From Candidatus Harrisonbacteria bacterium (GTDB taxonomy: Bacteria > Patescibacteriota > Minisyncoccia > UBA6257 > UBA11618), in the NCBI GenBank assembly GCA_016867415.1, contig VGJO01000001.1, positions 148,312-212,311 on the forward strand: a DNA stretch of 64,000 bases. Direction: 5' to 3'. Below, one piece after another: positions 27,416-37,840 of this stretch (its first letter is position 1; the number at the start of each line of letters is the position of its first letter). The notes under the pieces were generated by a model. It saw only the letters and a list, made by a program, of their open reading frames with translations, made no database searches and had not been told where the DNA came from. Both the position numbers and the translations under genes were made by a program.

Positions 27416-28156
27416 ATGGATTTTCAAAAAATAATTCTTGAGGTAAGAGGCGGCGCTGGTGGCGACGAAGCCGCCATCTTTGCCGCCGACCTTGCCCGCA
27501 TGTATCAGCGCTATGCTGCAAAGCGGAATTGGTATTTTAATGTGATTGAATCCGCCGAGAGCGGTATTGGTGGGATCAAAAATTTTGTCGCTCAAATCCA
27601 GGGCGATAGCGCGTATGACGATTTGAAGCAGGAGTCTGGTGTTCATCGCGTCCAGCGCGTTCCCAAGACGGAAAAAAACGGACGGGTCCATACCTCGACC
27701 GCTACCGTCGCTGTCCTCCCCGAAGTCTCTCCCAAGGAAGTCGAGCTTCGCCAATCCGATATTGAGATGACCTTTTTCCGTTCCTCCGGTCCTGGTGGTC
27801 AAAACGTCAATAAAGTGGAGACTGCTGTCCGCCTCCATCACAAACCCACCGGCATCATTGTCGCTTCTCAAAACGAACGCTCCCAATTAAAAAACCGCGA
27901 AAACGCCGAAGGCATTCTCCGCGCCAAGCTCTATGAAGCAAAGATCGCCGAAGAAACCGCCGCTCTCGGCGCCGACCGCCGCTCCCAAGTGGGAACAGGG
28001 GATAGGAGTGAAAAAATGCGCACCTACAATTTCCCTCAAGACCGCATCACTGACCACCGCGTAGAAAAAAAATTCCACAATATTGAAAAAATAATGGAAG
28101 GTGATCTCGACCCAATCATCAAAGCCTTCAAAAAATCCTCCGAAGAAAATAAATAA
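27416..28156 (+). CDS. class I peptide chain release factor, RF1-like (PKT tripeptide, GGQ) lacking N-terminal domain 1
   Basis: starts at domain-2 equivalent '[17 protein letters not shown]'; '[23 protein letters not shown]'; '[11 protein letters not shown]'; 246 aa vs ~360 for RF1. Confidence 0.75.
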   Translation: MDFQKIILEVRGGAGGDEAAIFAADLARMYQRYAAKRNWYFNVIESAESGIGGIKNFVAQIQGDSAYDDLKQESGVHRVQRVPKTEKNGRVHTSTATVAVLPEVSPKEVELRQSDIEMTFFRSSGPGGQNVNKVETAVRLHHKPTGIIVASQNERSQLKNRENAEGILRAKLYEAKIAEETAALGADRRSQVGTGDRSEKMRTYNFPQDRITDHRVEKKFHNIEKIMEGDLDPIIKAFKKSSEENK

Positions 28157-28216
28157 GAGAATCTGTGGATAAATTGCCATCTTGGAAAATATATTTTGTC
28201 ATTCATAATTAAGGTA

Positions 28217-28423
28217 ATGTCAAAGAAAAAGAAAAAGGCAGGAAACAGTATGAAGGGAGGCTCTGTCGCAATGCGACTTGGCAGTGAATCTCGGAATCCT
28301 AATTGGCTTGTGAAGTCCATCCTTATTATCTCCATTCTCATTTTGATTGGATTGGTACTTAAGGAATCCTCCCTCGGCCTTGATCTCCTCGCTTCAGCGT
28401 TCACTACTCTCGGATTTAAATAA
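28217..28423 (+). CDS. candidate small basic membrane protein (68 aa)
   Basis: MSKKKKKAGNS... then one TM helix; followed by terminator at 28451. Confidence 0.25.
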   Translation: MSKKKKKAGNSMKGGSVAMRLGSESRNPNWLVKSILIISILILIGLVLKESSLGLDLLASAFTTLGFK

Positions 28424-28450
28424 ATCTTGGTTGTAGGTCACCGCTAACCT

Positions 28451-28487
28451 AAACAAAAACCTCCTTCTCAGAAGGAGGTTTTTGTTT
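28451..28487. terminator. bidirectional terminator aaacaaaaacctcctt-ctcag-aaggaggtttttgttt
   Basis: 8-bp stem with A/T tracts both sides; terminates the minus-strand 16S transcript as well. Confidence 0.7.
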
Positions 28488-28509
28488 AAACTATAATTTC
28501 AATATTCAT

Positions 28510-28631
28510 CACGCTAGCACCCAGCATAAGCGAAGTAATTTTGAGCTTATTTTCGTTCTTCTTTTCTAAAAAGGTACCGGAGCATACTACAGGAAGTATG
28601 TGAGGAACGTTTTTAGAAAAAAGGATGAGCC
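28510..28631 (+). repeat. family-1 element copy (subtype flank aagcgaagtaattttgag; core ggtaccggagcatac-tacaggaa-gtatgtgaggaac); truncated right arm; orphan ccaaaaatacgagc motif at 28717..28731
   Basis: read directly; sits in 16S 3' flank on the opposite strand. Confidence 0.55.
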
Positions 28632-28914
28632 TCCACTACTACTAGATAAACAAAGAAAAAGAAGAAACAGAATAATCAGTAGAAGAGAGATAAGGTCGGC
28701 TACACGAGCGAAAGAAGCCAAAAATACGAGCGAAGATAAATCCTTTCTTGTTGCCCCAAAAGGTTTTGTTTATCAAACAGAGGATAATCAAACAGTAAAG
28801 TAAGTGAACACATCAAACACTTCTTTATCAGTCCGGCATTGCCATTACAATGCTTGGATTTATCGTGTTATCGACTACTTGAGAAAAGAAAACAATAAAG
28901 TTTCTTTTCTTTTC

Positions 28915-30418
<1,504 letters not shown>

Positions 30419-30813
30419 AACATAAGCGAATAATTACTCACATTCATCAAAGATAAACATGAGTAAGTACTGCTTACGTTGTGAATTTGGGACAACAAGA
30501 AAAAATTCATCTTCTTGTCATTGAAATGAATGAGTATCGCTACTCATACATTTCGTTTATGGAATGGTTAGAACTTGGTAAAAAATATCTAAAACATTTT
30601 TTACTAATTCTTAGTTTTTCAGTTATCAATCTGCGACCTTTTATTCTCTAAAAAAGCGGGAAAAAACCACGCTTGATTAGCTAATCAAGGAATATGGGTA
30701 ATTATAGCCGCCGCACCATATAAGTCAAGACCACTTTGGTACTCCAAGTGGCAGCCGACCGTGTGAAGAAAAAAGTAACCTTTTTTCTTTTTATGTGGGG
30801 CTTTTCATTCTGT

Positions 30814-30844
30814 ATCATCATCCTGAATTAAATTCAGGATCCAG
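30814..30844 (+). repeat. family-2 hairpin repeat, subtype B (atcatcatcctgaat-taaa-attcaggatccag)
   Basis: perfect 9-bp palindrome. Confidence 0.6.
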
Positions 30845-30929
30845 ACTTCTGCTGCTTCTGACCACTTCTAATGCCTTTACTCGTTCTTATTTCCTAATCT
30901 TTTCCGCTATACTATGTATTAGTATTTTT

Positions 30930-31056
30930 GCATCTCGCATGCGCAGGATTTTTAAGAAGAGTTTGGTTTATCTTCACGAGTTTCGCACAGGGTATTCTCT
31001 AAAAGTCTGTGAGTACAGAATGCAGTAAAAAATAAAAATATTTCAAAAATACAAGC
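30930..31056 (+). repeat. family-1 element copy (flank gcatctcgcatgcgcaggattttt; core ...gtctgtgagtacagaatgcag; 3' caaaaatacaagc 8 nt before ATG)
   Basis: read directly. Confidence 0.6.
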
Positions 31057-31064
31057 TTTTCCTT

Positions 31065-31430
31065 ATGAAAAAAATACTTTTGGTAGAAGATGACCCTTTT
31101 CTCTCTCTTTTATTAAAAAATCGCCTTGCTAAAGAAAGCTATGAAGTCATGCACGCCCACGACGGCGAGGAGGCTCTTGAGCTTCTTGGTATGAATTCCT
31201 TTGATCTTATCCTCCTTGATATTATTCTCCCCAAGAAAAATGGTTTTGAAACGCTAGAAGCTATTCGACAGAGTCCTATCTTTAGTTCTGTCCGTGTTAT
31301 TATTCTCTCCAATCTTGGTCAGGAATCCGACCTCGCCCGTGGTAAGTCTTTGGGAATAATTGATTATTGGATTAAAACAGAAAATTCCATCGACACTCTC
31401 ATGGCAAAAATCCGAAATATTTTGCTCTAA
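31065..31430 (+). CDS. stand-alone response-regulator receiver domain (CheY-like), first gene of T4P locus
   Basis: 'ILLVEDDPFL', phospho-acceptor 'LILLDIILPKKNGFE', 'ILSNL', K-site 'YWIKT'. Confidence 0.85.
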   Translation: MKKILLVEDDPFLSLLLKNRLAKESYEVMHAHDGEEALELLGMNSFDLILLDIILPKKNGFETLEAIRQSPIFSSVRVIILSNLGQESDLARGKSLGIIDYWIKTENSIDTLMAKIRNILL

Positions 31431-31578
31431 GAATTTTTTAAAAATAGTTTTCCACATTTTTTTTCTTTCAAAAAGCAATATGAATGATATTCTTAGTAAA
31501 GAAAAACGGTCGAAATTCCTTTTTCAAAATTTTCCCTAATCGGAAAAATAAAAAATTATAAAGCAAAGAATATATCAA

Positions 31579-32163
31579 ATGTCGACAAAAAAAACAGGCT
31601 TTACTCTGATTGAGCTCCTGATTGTGATCGCGATCATTGCCATCTTGGCCACTACGGCCGTCTTGGTCTTGAATCCTTCTGAAATCTTAAAGAAAGCCCG
31701 CGACACGCAAAGAATCGGGGATCTTGAGACCGTAGCGAGCGCGATTGCCTATAGCTTGGCCACTTTGAGTAAGACGCCCAGCTTCCAAGCTGGTTCCGGC
31801 TTTTCCTGCGCAAGCAACTGCGCTTCTTCCCTTACTGGCGTTTCCGCGAACTGCGGCGGCCGCAACACGCAGACGCCGGCTAAGAGCACCGTTGATCGCA
31901 GCGCTACTCCCCGAGCTATTGATGGTAATGGTTGGGTAGCCTTAAACTTCAGTGCGGTGACCAATAATCCGCTCTCTATTCTCCCGATGGACCCGTCGCC
32001 GGATAACGCCTTGACATTCTACGCGTATGCCTGCGATAATGACAAACAGAAGTACGAATTGAGTGCTGTCCTTGAGGCAACCGACAACGTGAGCCGAATG
32101 AAAAACGATGGCGGTGATAAAGATTCTGTCTACGAAGTCGGTTCCGGTATCAGTTCCCTCTAA
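31579..32163 (+). CDS. type IV pilin (major pilin candidate) with class III signal
   Basis: 'KKTGFTLIELLIVIAIIAILA' prepilin cleavage/N-methylation motif (G|FTLIE). Confidence 0.85.
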   Translation: MSTKKTGFTLIELLIVIAIIAILATTAVLVLNPSEILKKARDTQRIGDLETVASAIAYSLATLSKTPSFQAGSGFSCASNCASSLTGVSANCGGRNTQTPAKSTVDRSATPRAIDGNGWVALNFSAVTNNPLSILPMDPSPDNALTFYAYACDNDKQKYELSAVLEATDNVSRMKNDGGDKDSVYEVGSGISSL

Positions 32164-32166
32164 TCT

Positions 32167-32832
32167 TTGAGAAAAAATATTTTTTCCACTCCCAGATGGG
32201 AGTGTTTTTTTACTTTTTACTTTGTTACAGTCTTACTTATGTTTCTAATGAGTTGGCCCCTTTCTCTTATTCTTCTTGTAGTTCTCTATTTTTTTTCTCT
32301 TACTCATCCTGGCCGCTTTTTTCTTATCCAGAAAAAACACCTAATTTTCTTTATTCTTATTGCTGTATTTTTTATAAAAAATACCCTCTCTAGTTATTTT
32401 CTCTATGTCTCTTGGGCTCAAGATTCCTTCGCTTACTACTTCCTCCCTCCCTACACTCCCTTCACTTATTTTATCCGCTACTCCCTCACTCATTATTGGT
32501 TTAATTTTCTTCTTTCGGTGATCTTTGCTTATTTTGCCCTTATTTTTTTTCAGTGGCTCAATCGTCGCCGCAACCATCTCCTTTTCCAGCCCGACGAGCT
32601 CTACTTTCCCTCCTTTATTATTCTCATTCTCGGTCATCCTGCCTGGCTCATTTTCTTGATCCTCACCCCCATCGCTTTTATCCTCTACTCCCTTCTTCTG
32701 TTTTTAATTAATAAAAAGACCGATCGCGTCTCCTTCTACCACCTCTTCTACCCCTTAGCTTTTCTAAGCCTCGCCCTCCATCTCTCCCTCCTCCACTCCC
32801 TCTCCTACTCCATCCTCGGCATCGGTAGGTAG
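32167..32832 (+). CDS. polytopic membrane protein of unknown function, immediately after the pilin gene
   Basis: 221 aa, 6-7 hydrophobic helices, Tyr/Phe-rich; lacks A24 prepilin-peptidase Asp motifs. Confidence 0.4.
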   Translation: MRKNIFSTPRWECFFTFYFVTVLLMFLMSWPLSLILLVVLYFFSLTHPGRFFLIQKKHLIFFILIAVFFIKNTLSSYFLYVSWAQDSFAYYFLPPYTPFTYFIRYSLTHYWFNFLLSVIFAYFALIFFQWLNRRRNHLLFQPDELYFPSFIILILGHPAWLIFLILTPIAFILYSLLLFLINKKTDRVSFYHLFYPLAFLSLALHLSLLHSLSYSILGIGR

Positions 32833-32893
32833 TCTCTAACTCAGAATCTATATAAACAAAAAGACCAGAGCGCAGCTCCGGCCTACCACAAAT

Positions 32894-32951
32894 AAAGAGA
32901 AAATCCACTGGAGATTTCCCCGTGTCACGGTGGGGAAAAGGAAGGGTTTTT
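32894..32951 (+). repeat. motif-A element copy B (hairpin aaaatcca-c-tggagattt then ccccgtgtcacggtggggaaaaggaagggttttt)
   Basis: ccgtg-t-cacgg perfect palindrome inside the conserved 28-mer; ~100 nt upstream of pilB. Confidence 0.55.
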
Positions 32952-33052
32952 AAAAAAAATATTTTATCAAGCTTTCCTAGTTATAATAAAAACTCCACTC
33001 ATCTCTCCACTCTCTTTATTTTCTCAAAATGATAAAATAAAACCATACCTCT

Positions 33053-34756
33053 ATGACTCTTGAAATTCCGGTTGAAAAACTAAAATCCATCCTAATTGAG
33101 GATGGTGTTCTTAAAGAAGCTGACTTTGATTCGGCAAAAAGAGATGCCAAGCGGATGAGTCAGTCTCTGAGTGATATTTTAATCTCCCGCAATCTCATTA
33201 CCGAAGATTACTACGAAAATCTCCTTTCTAATTTCTACGGCGTCCCTCGCATTAATCTCCTCGGTAACCCTTTAGATGAATCCCTGATCACACTTCTTCC
33301 CGAAAACATCGCTCGAGAAAAACGCGCCATTATCTTTGGTAAAAGCGATCGTGGTGAGTATCTTGTCGCCATGGAAGATCCAAGTGATCTTGAAACCATC
33401 GAATTTTTAAACCAGTTCCTCAAGGGAAAAATCATTCCCTATCTTTCCACTCGCGAGAGTCTCAACGTTGGCTTCTCCTACTATGTGAAGCGCTCCTCCG
33501 AATCTTTCCGCAAGATGATCGATGATAGCGTCCGCGCTTCCCTCCGTAAGAAGCTCGGCGATTCCAAAGAAGCCGCCGAGGAGCTTCCTGTCGTTGCTCT
33601 CGTCGACAATCTTATTGCCTATGCGATCAGCTCCCGCGCCTCTGATATTCATATTGAGATCCTTGAGGATTCTGTTCTTATCCGTTTCCGTGTTGATGGC
33701 GTCTTAAAAGAAATTATTCGCGTCCCCAAGGAAATTCACGCTGCGATTCTCGCTCGCCTGAAGCTTCTTGGTTCTTTGAAGCTTGACGAACATTCCCGCC
33801 CTCAAGATGGGCGTTTCCGCTACAAGCTCGTCGGCGAGCTTATGGATATCCGTCTTGCCATCATGCCCACTTTCTATGGTGAAAAAGCTGAAATGCGTCT
33901 CCTCGCGAGCACCGAGCGCCCACTTTCTCTAGAAGAGCTTGGTTTCTTTCCCGATCACGTCGCTATCATCAAAAAAACGATCAAAAAGACCTATGGTCTC
34001 ATTCTTATGACCGGTCCCACCGGCTCCGGTAAGACTACGACCATGTATTCGATCCTAAGTATGCTAAACAAGCCTGAGGTTAATATCGTCACCATCGAAG
34101 ATCCGGTTGAGTACGATATGAAATATATCAATCAGACGCAGATCAATCCAACCGCCGGCATCACCTTTGCCTCCGGCCTTCGTGAAATTGTTCGTCAGGA
34201 CCCAAACGTTATTATGGTCGGTGAAATCCGTGACGAGGAGACGGCTGATATCTGTGTCCAAGCAGCGCTCACCGGCCACCTTGTCTTATCTTCCTTACAC
34301 ACCAACGACGCTTCTACCGCCATTCCACGTTTCATTGATCTTAAAGTCGCCCCTTTCCTTCTCTCCGCCGTTATTAATCTTATCCAGGCCCAGCGTCTCG
34401 TCCGCCGCATCTGCCTTGAGTGCATCAGCTCTTATATTCCCGAAGAGAGTCTTCTCTCTTCGCTAAAAAATTATCTTTCACCCGATTCCCCTGTCCGTTT
34501 ACCCAGCTCCTTTTTTAAAGGAAAGGGCTGCCCTGCTTGCGGTGGCACTGGCTACAAAGGACGTATCGGTATCTTCGAGTTGCTTGATGTTTCTGATAAA
34601 GAACGCGAGGTTATCGTCTCACCTCATTTCACTCTTGATAGTCTCCGCGCCGAAGCAAGGAAGTCTGGTATGATCACCATGTTTGAAGATGGTCTTCGCA
34701 AAGTCGAGAAGGGGATTACCACTCCCGAAGAAGTCCTCCGCGTGATCCGAGAGTAA
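33053..34756 (+). CDS. pilB: type IV pilus assembly ATPase PilB (GspE family)
   Basis: Walker A 'MTGPTGSGKTTTM', Asp box, Walker B 'IMVGEIRDEET', His box 'LVLSSLHTNDA', tetracysteine 'CLEC...CPAC'. Confidence 0.9.
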   Translation: MTLEIPVEKLKSILIEDGVLKEADFDSAKRDAKRMSQSLSDILISRNLITEDYYENLLSNFYGVPRINLLGNPLDESLITLLPENIAREKRAIIFGKSDRGEYLVAMEDPSDLETIEFLNQFLKGKIIPYLSTRESLNVGFSYYVKRSSESFRKMIDDSVRASLRKKLGDSKEAAEELPVVALVDNLIAYAISSRASDIHIEILEDSVLIRFRVDGVLKEIIRVPKEIHAAILARLKLLGSLKLDEHSRPQDGRFRYKLVGELMDIRLAIMPTFYGEKAEMRLLASTERPLSLEELGFFPDHVAIIKKTIKKTYGLILMTGPTGSGKTTTMYSILSMLNKPEVNIVTIEDPVEYDMKYINQTQINPTAGITFASGLREIVRQDPNVIMVGEIRDEETADICVQAALTGHLVLSSLHTNDASTAIPRFIDLKVAPFLLSAVINLIQAQRLVRRICLECISSYIPEESLLSSLKNYLSPDSPVRLPSSFFKGKGCPACGGTGYKGRIGIFELLDVSDKEREVIVSPHFTLDSLRAEARKSGMITMFEDGLRKVEKGITTPEEVLRVIRE

Positions 34757-35967
34757 TGAAAAAATTCCGCTACACTGCCAATCGTTCTGATGGCCGCCTC
34801 ATGACCGGCGATATTGATGCCGCAAGCGCCGACCAGGTCCTCACCTATCTTCGTGGCCGCGATCTTCAGCCGCTCTCAATCAGCGAGCTTAGCACTTCGA
34901 TCCTCAAAAAAGATATTTCCTTTTTTAGCTCTATTTCCGAGATGGATAAGATTTTTCTTTGCCGCCATCTCTCCCTTATGCTCCGTCTCGGCACCGATCT
35001 TTTTCATGCGCTAGAAATCCTAATTGAAGACACTGATAATAAAGTTTTAAAGAGTATCCTTCTTGAGATTCAATCTTCTCTCGAGCGTGGTCAGCCTTTC
35101 TATCTTACTTTCGCGAATTATCCTCAACATTTTTCTCCTGTATTTGTAAATCTTATCGAGGCTGGTGAGGCCGCCGGAACCCTTGATGAATCCTTCGAAA
35201 ATCTTGCCGTCATACTCGCAAAGTCTGATGATCTGAGGAAAAAGATTCGTGGTGCCCTGATCTACCCCGCGATTCTCACCATTGGCTCCATCTCCGTCCT
35301 CTTCTTCCTTGTCTCTTTCGCTATCCCACGCATTGCCACTGTTTTTTCTGAAACCACCGCCGAGATCCCCTTTTTTTCTCGCATAGTCTTTGCAATCGGT
35401 AATTTTTTCTCCGCTTATCTCCTCATCATTCTTCTTTTTTTCATTGCTCTCGGCACCGGTCTTTTTTATTTCTTTTTAAAGACTCCTACTGGCCGTCTTT
35501 TCTTTCTCCATATCTTGAGCCGTATTCCCGTGATCAAAAAAGTCGTTCTCGAGATTGGTATAGAGCGCTTCTCCAGCACCTTGAGCTCGCTTCTTAAGGC
35601 GAATGTCCCGATTATCCGCTCCCTAGAGATCACCGCTAATTCCTCTGGTAATGAGGATATCAAAAATTCCGTCCTCCGGGTCGCCCACGAGGGCATCAAT
35701 AAAGGTCTCACCCTAGGTGAAGCCTTCAAGCGGGAAAAATCTTTTCCAAATACTGTCACGAGCCTCATCGTCATCTCCGAACGTGCCGGCCGTCTTGAAG
35801 AAGTCCTCCATTCCCTCTCCTCCTTTTATGAGTCCGAAATTGACGCCTCCTTGAAAGCCATGATCGCCTTCATTGAGCCCGTCCTTCTCGTTATTATTGG
35901 CGCCGTCGTCGCTCTTATCGCCCTCTCCGTCATCGTTCCAATCTACCAGCTCGTCGGCCAGTTCTGA
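34756..35967 (+). CDS. pilC: type IV pilus platform protein PilC (GspF family)
   Basis: two T2SSF repeats ('FLCRHLSLMLRLGTDLFHAL', 'FSSTLSSLLKANVPIIRSL'), three TM segments. Confidence 0.9.
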   Translation: MKKFRYTANRSDGRLMTGDIDAASADQVLTYLRGRDLQPLSISELSTSILKKDISFFSSISEMDKIFLCRHLSLMLRLGTDLFHALEILIEDTDNKVLKSILLEIQSSLERGQPFYLTFANYPQHFSPVFVNLIEAGEAAGTLDESFENLAVILAKSDDLRKKIRGALIYPAILTIGSISVLFFLVSFAIPRIATVFSETTAEIPFFSRIVFAIGNFFSAYLLIILLFFIALGTGLFYFFLKTPTGRLFFLHILSRIPVIKKVVLEIGIERFSSTLSSLLKANVPIIRSLEITANSSGNEDIKNSVLRVAHEGINKGLTLGEAFKREKSFPNTVTSLIVISERAGRLEEVLHSLSSFYESEIDASLKAMIAFIEPVLLVIIGAVVALIALSVIVPIYQLVGQF

Positions 35968-36025
35968 CGGTCTTTTTGCCTTAAGGTAAAAAGACCGTCA
36001 TCCTGAACTTAATTCAGGATCCAGG
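35966..36025 (+). repeat. 12-bp hairpin (gacggtcttttt/aaaaagaccgtc, overlaps pilC stop) followed by family-2 hairpin subtype B (gtcatcctgaac-ttaa-ttcaggatccagg)
   Basis: read directly. Confidence 0.6.
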
Positions 36026-36108
36026 CACCTGCCTTCTTAAGAAGACATTCTAAATCCCTATCTTTTTCTGTATTTTTCTAGTTAAAAATCCTTACCTCAC
36101 CTACTCAT

Positions 36109-36150
36109 TTGACACATCTATTGACAATATGATTATAAATATGCTATAAA
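36109..36150 (+). promoter_or_regulatory. sigma70-like promoter candidates (TTGACA-N17-ATTATA / TTGACA-N18-TATAAA) for the 36231 cassette
   Basis: tttgacacatctattgacaatatgattataaatatgctataaa read directly. Confidence 0.4.
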
Positions 36151-36230
36151 AAAAATGTTCCTTCCCAATTTTTATCCCTTCCCATTCCGGGCGCTGAGGC
36201 ATCAGCGAGACCTCTATAGGAGGACATGCC

Positions 36231-37103
36231 ATGAACGTAAACAAGACGATCCTTTTCAGAGATTCCGAAGATCGGCACGCGGGGGTGGTGATTGTAGCAG
36301 GTAGAGATCCCTTCGAAAGAAGCGATTCTTTTCAAAAGATTTGTCACATTCACGCGAAGGGTGATCGGCAATATGAAAAGGCTTTTCTTCTCAATCCCAA
36401 CGATACTGCTTTTGCGGCTCAACCCTTTTATGTCCGCAAGCCAGACGAAGAAGGAAAAGAAGTTGATTTTGCTCTTGCTGTTCTTAATGAACGATTGAGC
36501 GGCAAACCAGCAACTTCCGGTCTCGCCTTCGGTCGAAGTGGAAAACCAGACTATCCATCCCTCTTCCGCCCCCTTCCTACGAAGTATGTCATTATAGTCC
36601 CCCAGGGCTACACCTTCGAGTCATTCTGGATGACCTTCTGGGAAAAGTATGAAAACCACCCGAAGCGCTACTTCTATGAGAATCTCTCTACTGCGCAAAA
36701 CTTCTCGCAGTCCGTAGTGCTTCGCCCCGGCCAAAAGATCGAAGTGACCGTTTTTGAGCAAACAGTGGATCGACTAATGACCTCATCAGTGGAAAGAGTG
36801 AACTTTCTAAAATCCATCCCCGGCAACATCTTCACTGGTCTTTCCGGATCGGCCCTCATGTTTGATCAGCACTGGGAAAAACTCCCTAAAGGCCGAGCCT
36901 ACTGCTCTTTTGACGAGAAAGACCGCCTCCCTGCCCTCGAGTACTTCCACCGGGTGCCGTGCTTTGACTGCCACGCCGATGGGTACTTCCACTTCTTCCG
37001 CTTGGGCTTCGGGGGCAGCTGGGATTCGGACTGCCTGCTCCTGTCGTTCCGCGACTTATCTGCCGAAGCGACAGTGGAGGCAGAGAAGTCCTCGGATGCT
37101 TAG
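36231..37103 (+). CDS. hypothetical protein (290 aa) with canonical AGGAGG Shine-Dalgarno, own promoter and terminator; inserted between pilC and the minor pilins
   Basis: ataGGAGGacatgccATG; GC-richer codon usage; no signal peptide; terminator at 37148. Confidence 0.55.
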   Translation: MNVNKTILFRDSEDRHAGVVIVAGRDPFERSDSFQKICHIHAKGDRQYEKAFLLNPNDTAFAAQPFYVRKPDEEGKEVDFALAVLNERLSGKPATSGLAFGRSGKPDYPSLFRPLPTKYVIIVPQGYTFESFWMTFWEKYENHPKRYFYENLSTAQNFSQSVVLRPGQKIEVTVFEQTVDRLMTSSVERVNFLKSIPGNIFTGLSGSALMFDQHWEKLPKGRAYCSFDEKDRLPALEYFHRVPCFDCHADGYFHFFRLGFGGSWDSDCLLLSFRDLSAEATVEAEKSSDA

Positions 37104-37147
37104 GCACTTGTCTCCGATCAGTGCCTCAGATCCTTTGGTTCTTGATT

Positions 37148-37181
37148 CCCGTTTGTGTACACGCAAACGGGAATTTTTTTA
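37148..37181 (+). terminator. intrinsic terminator cccgtttg-tgtacacg-caaacggg + AATTTTTTTA
   Basis: 8-bp stem then T7. Confidence 0.75.
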
Positions 37182-37224
37182 TCTCTCTATTTTCTCTTCT
37201 TATGATAAACTTACTACAAGCACT

Positions 37225-37791
37225 ATGCCTCCTTTCTTTAAGAAAAACTTCGGCGTTACTTTGATTGAGCTTCTCATCGCTATGGGCGCCACGGTCATTA
37301 TTTCTACCTCCGCCTTCCTCTCCCTCTCTGGCATCCCCGGCCGCGAAGCCGTCGTTGACGCTACCCTAAAGCTTGCCGCCGATCTTCGCGATGTCCAATT
37401 CCGCTCAATTACCCAAGATGACGCCTCCTACTGGGGTGTCTACGTTGACTATGGCGGCGGCACCGCGCCTCTTTACAAACTCTACTCCTTGACCTCTCTT
37501 CCTGCTAATAGCTACAGAAATAAACCTACTGACCCCCCTCCTAATTCCACTTTAGAAAAATCTATTTCTCTCGATCCCAATCTTCGCTTCATCACCCCAG
37601 GCGCTACCAATAATCTCGTCCTTATCTTTGATCAATTAACCGGGCTTCCGGCTTCTTTCACTAATTTTAATTGTGGAAGCGTCGACGATGTCACTCCCCG
37701 CCCCATCCGGATTATCAATACCAATAATTACCAAGGTGAGGTCGATATTTACTGCTCCGGCCGCATCGACGTCACCTTCGCTCAACTATAA
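37225..37791 (+). CDS. type IV pilin-like protein (minor pilin/pseudopilin)
   Basis: 'MPPFFKKNFGVTLIELLIAMGATVII' class III signal; ATG at 37225 within the longer track ORF 36862..37791. Confidence 0.7.
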   Translation: MPPFFKKNFGVTLIELLIAMGATVIISTSAFLSLSGIPGREAVVDATLKLAADLRDVQFRSITQDDASYWGVYVDYGGGTAPLYKLYSLTSLPANSYRNKPTDPPPNSTLEKSISLDPNLRFITPGATNNLVLIFDQLTGLPASFTNFNCGSVDDVTPRPIRIINTNNYQGEVDIYCSGRIDVTFAQL

Positions 37792-37795
37792 AGCA

Positions 37796-37827
37796 TTGTC
37801 ATTCTGGACTCGACCCAGAATCTATAA
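37796..37827 (+). repeat. family-2 hairpin repeat subtype A (ttgtcattctgga-ctcgac-ccagaatctataa)
   Basis: perfect 7-bp palindrome attctgg/ccagaat, 5 nt after stop. Confidence 0.65.
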
Positions 37828-37840
37828 GAAAGAATCCACT

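Noticed and set aside
32167-32832. Prepilin peptidase (PilD) assignment for the membrane protein after the pilin
   Set aside because: It lacks the two conserved Asp motifs (including GGGDxKL) of A24 peptidases and is too short and Tyr/Phe-rich. Kept as unknown membrane protein.
36862-37791. 309-aa track ORF treated as one gene
   Set aside because: Its first 121 codons are an alternative frame across the C-terminus of the 36231 cassette gene and the terminator. The real gene is the pilin-like protein starting at ATG 37225.
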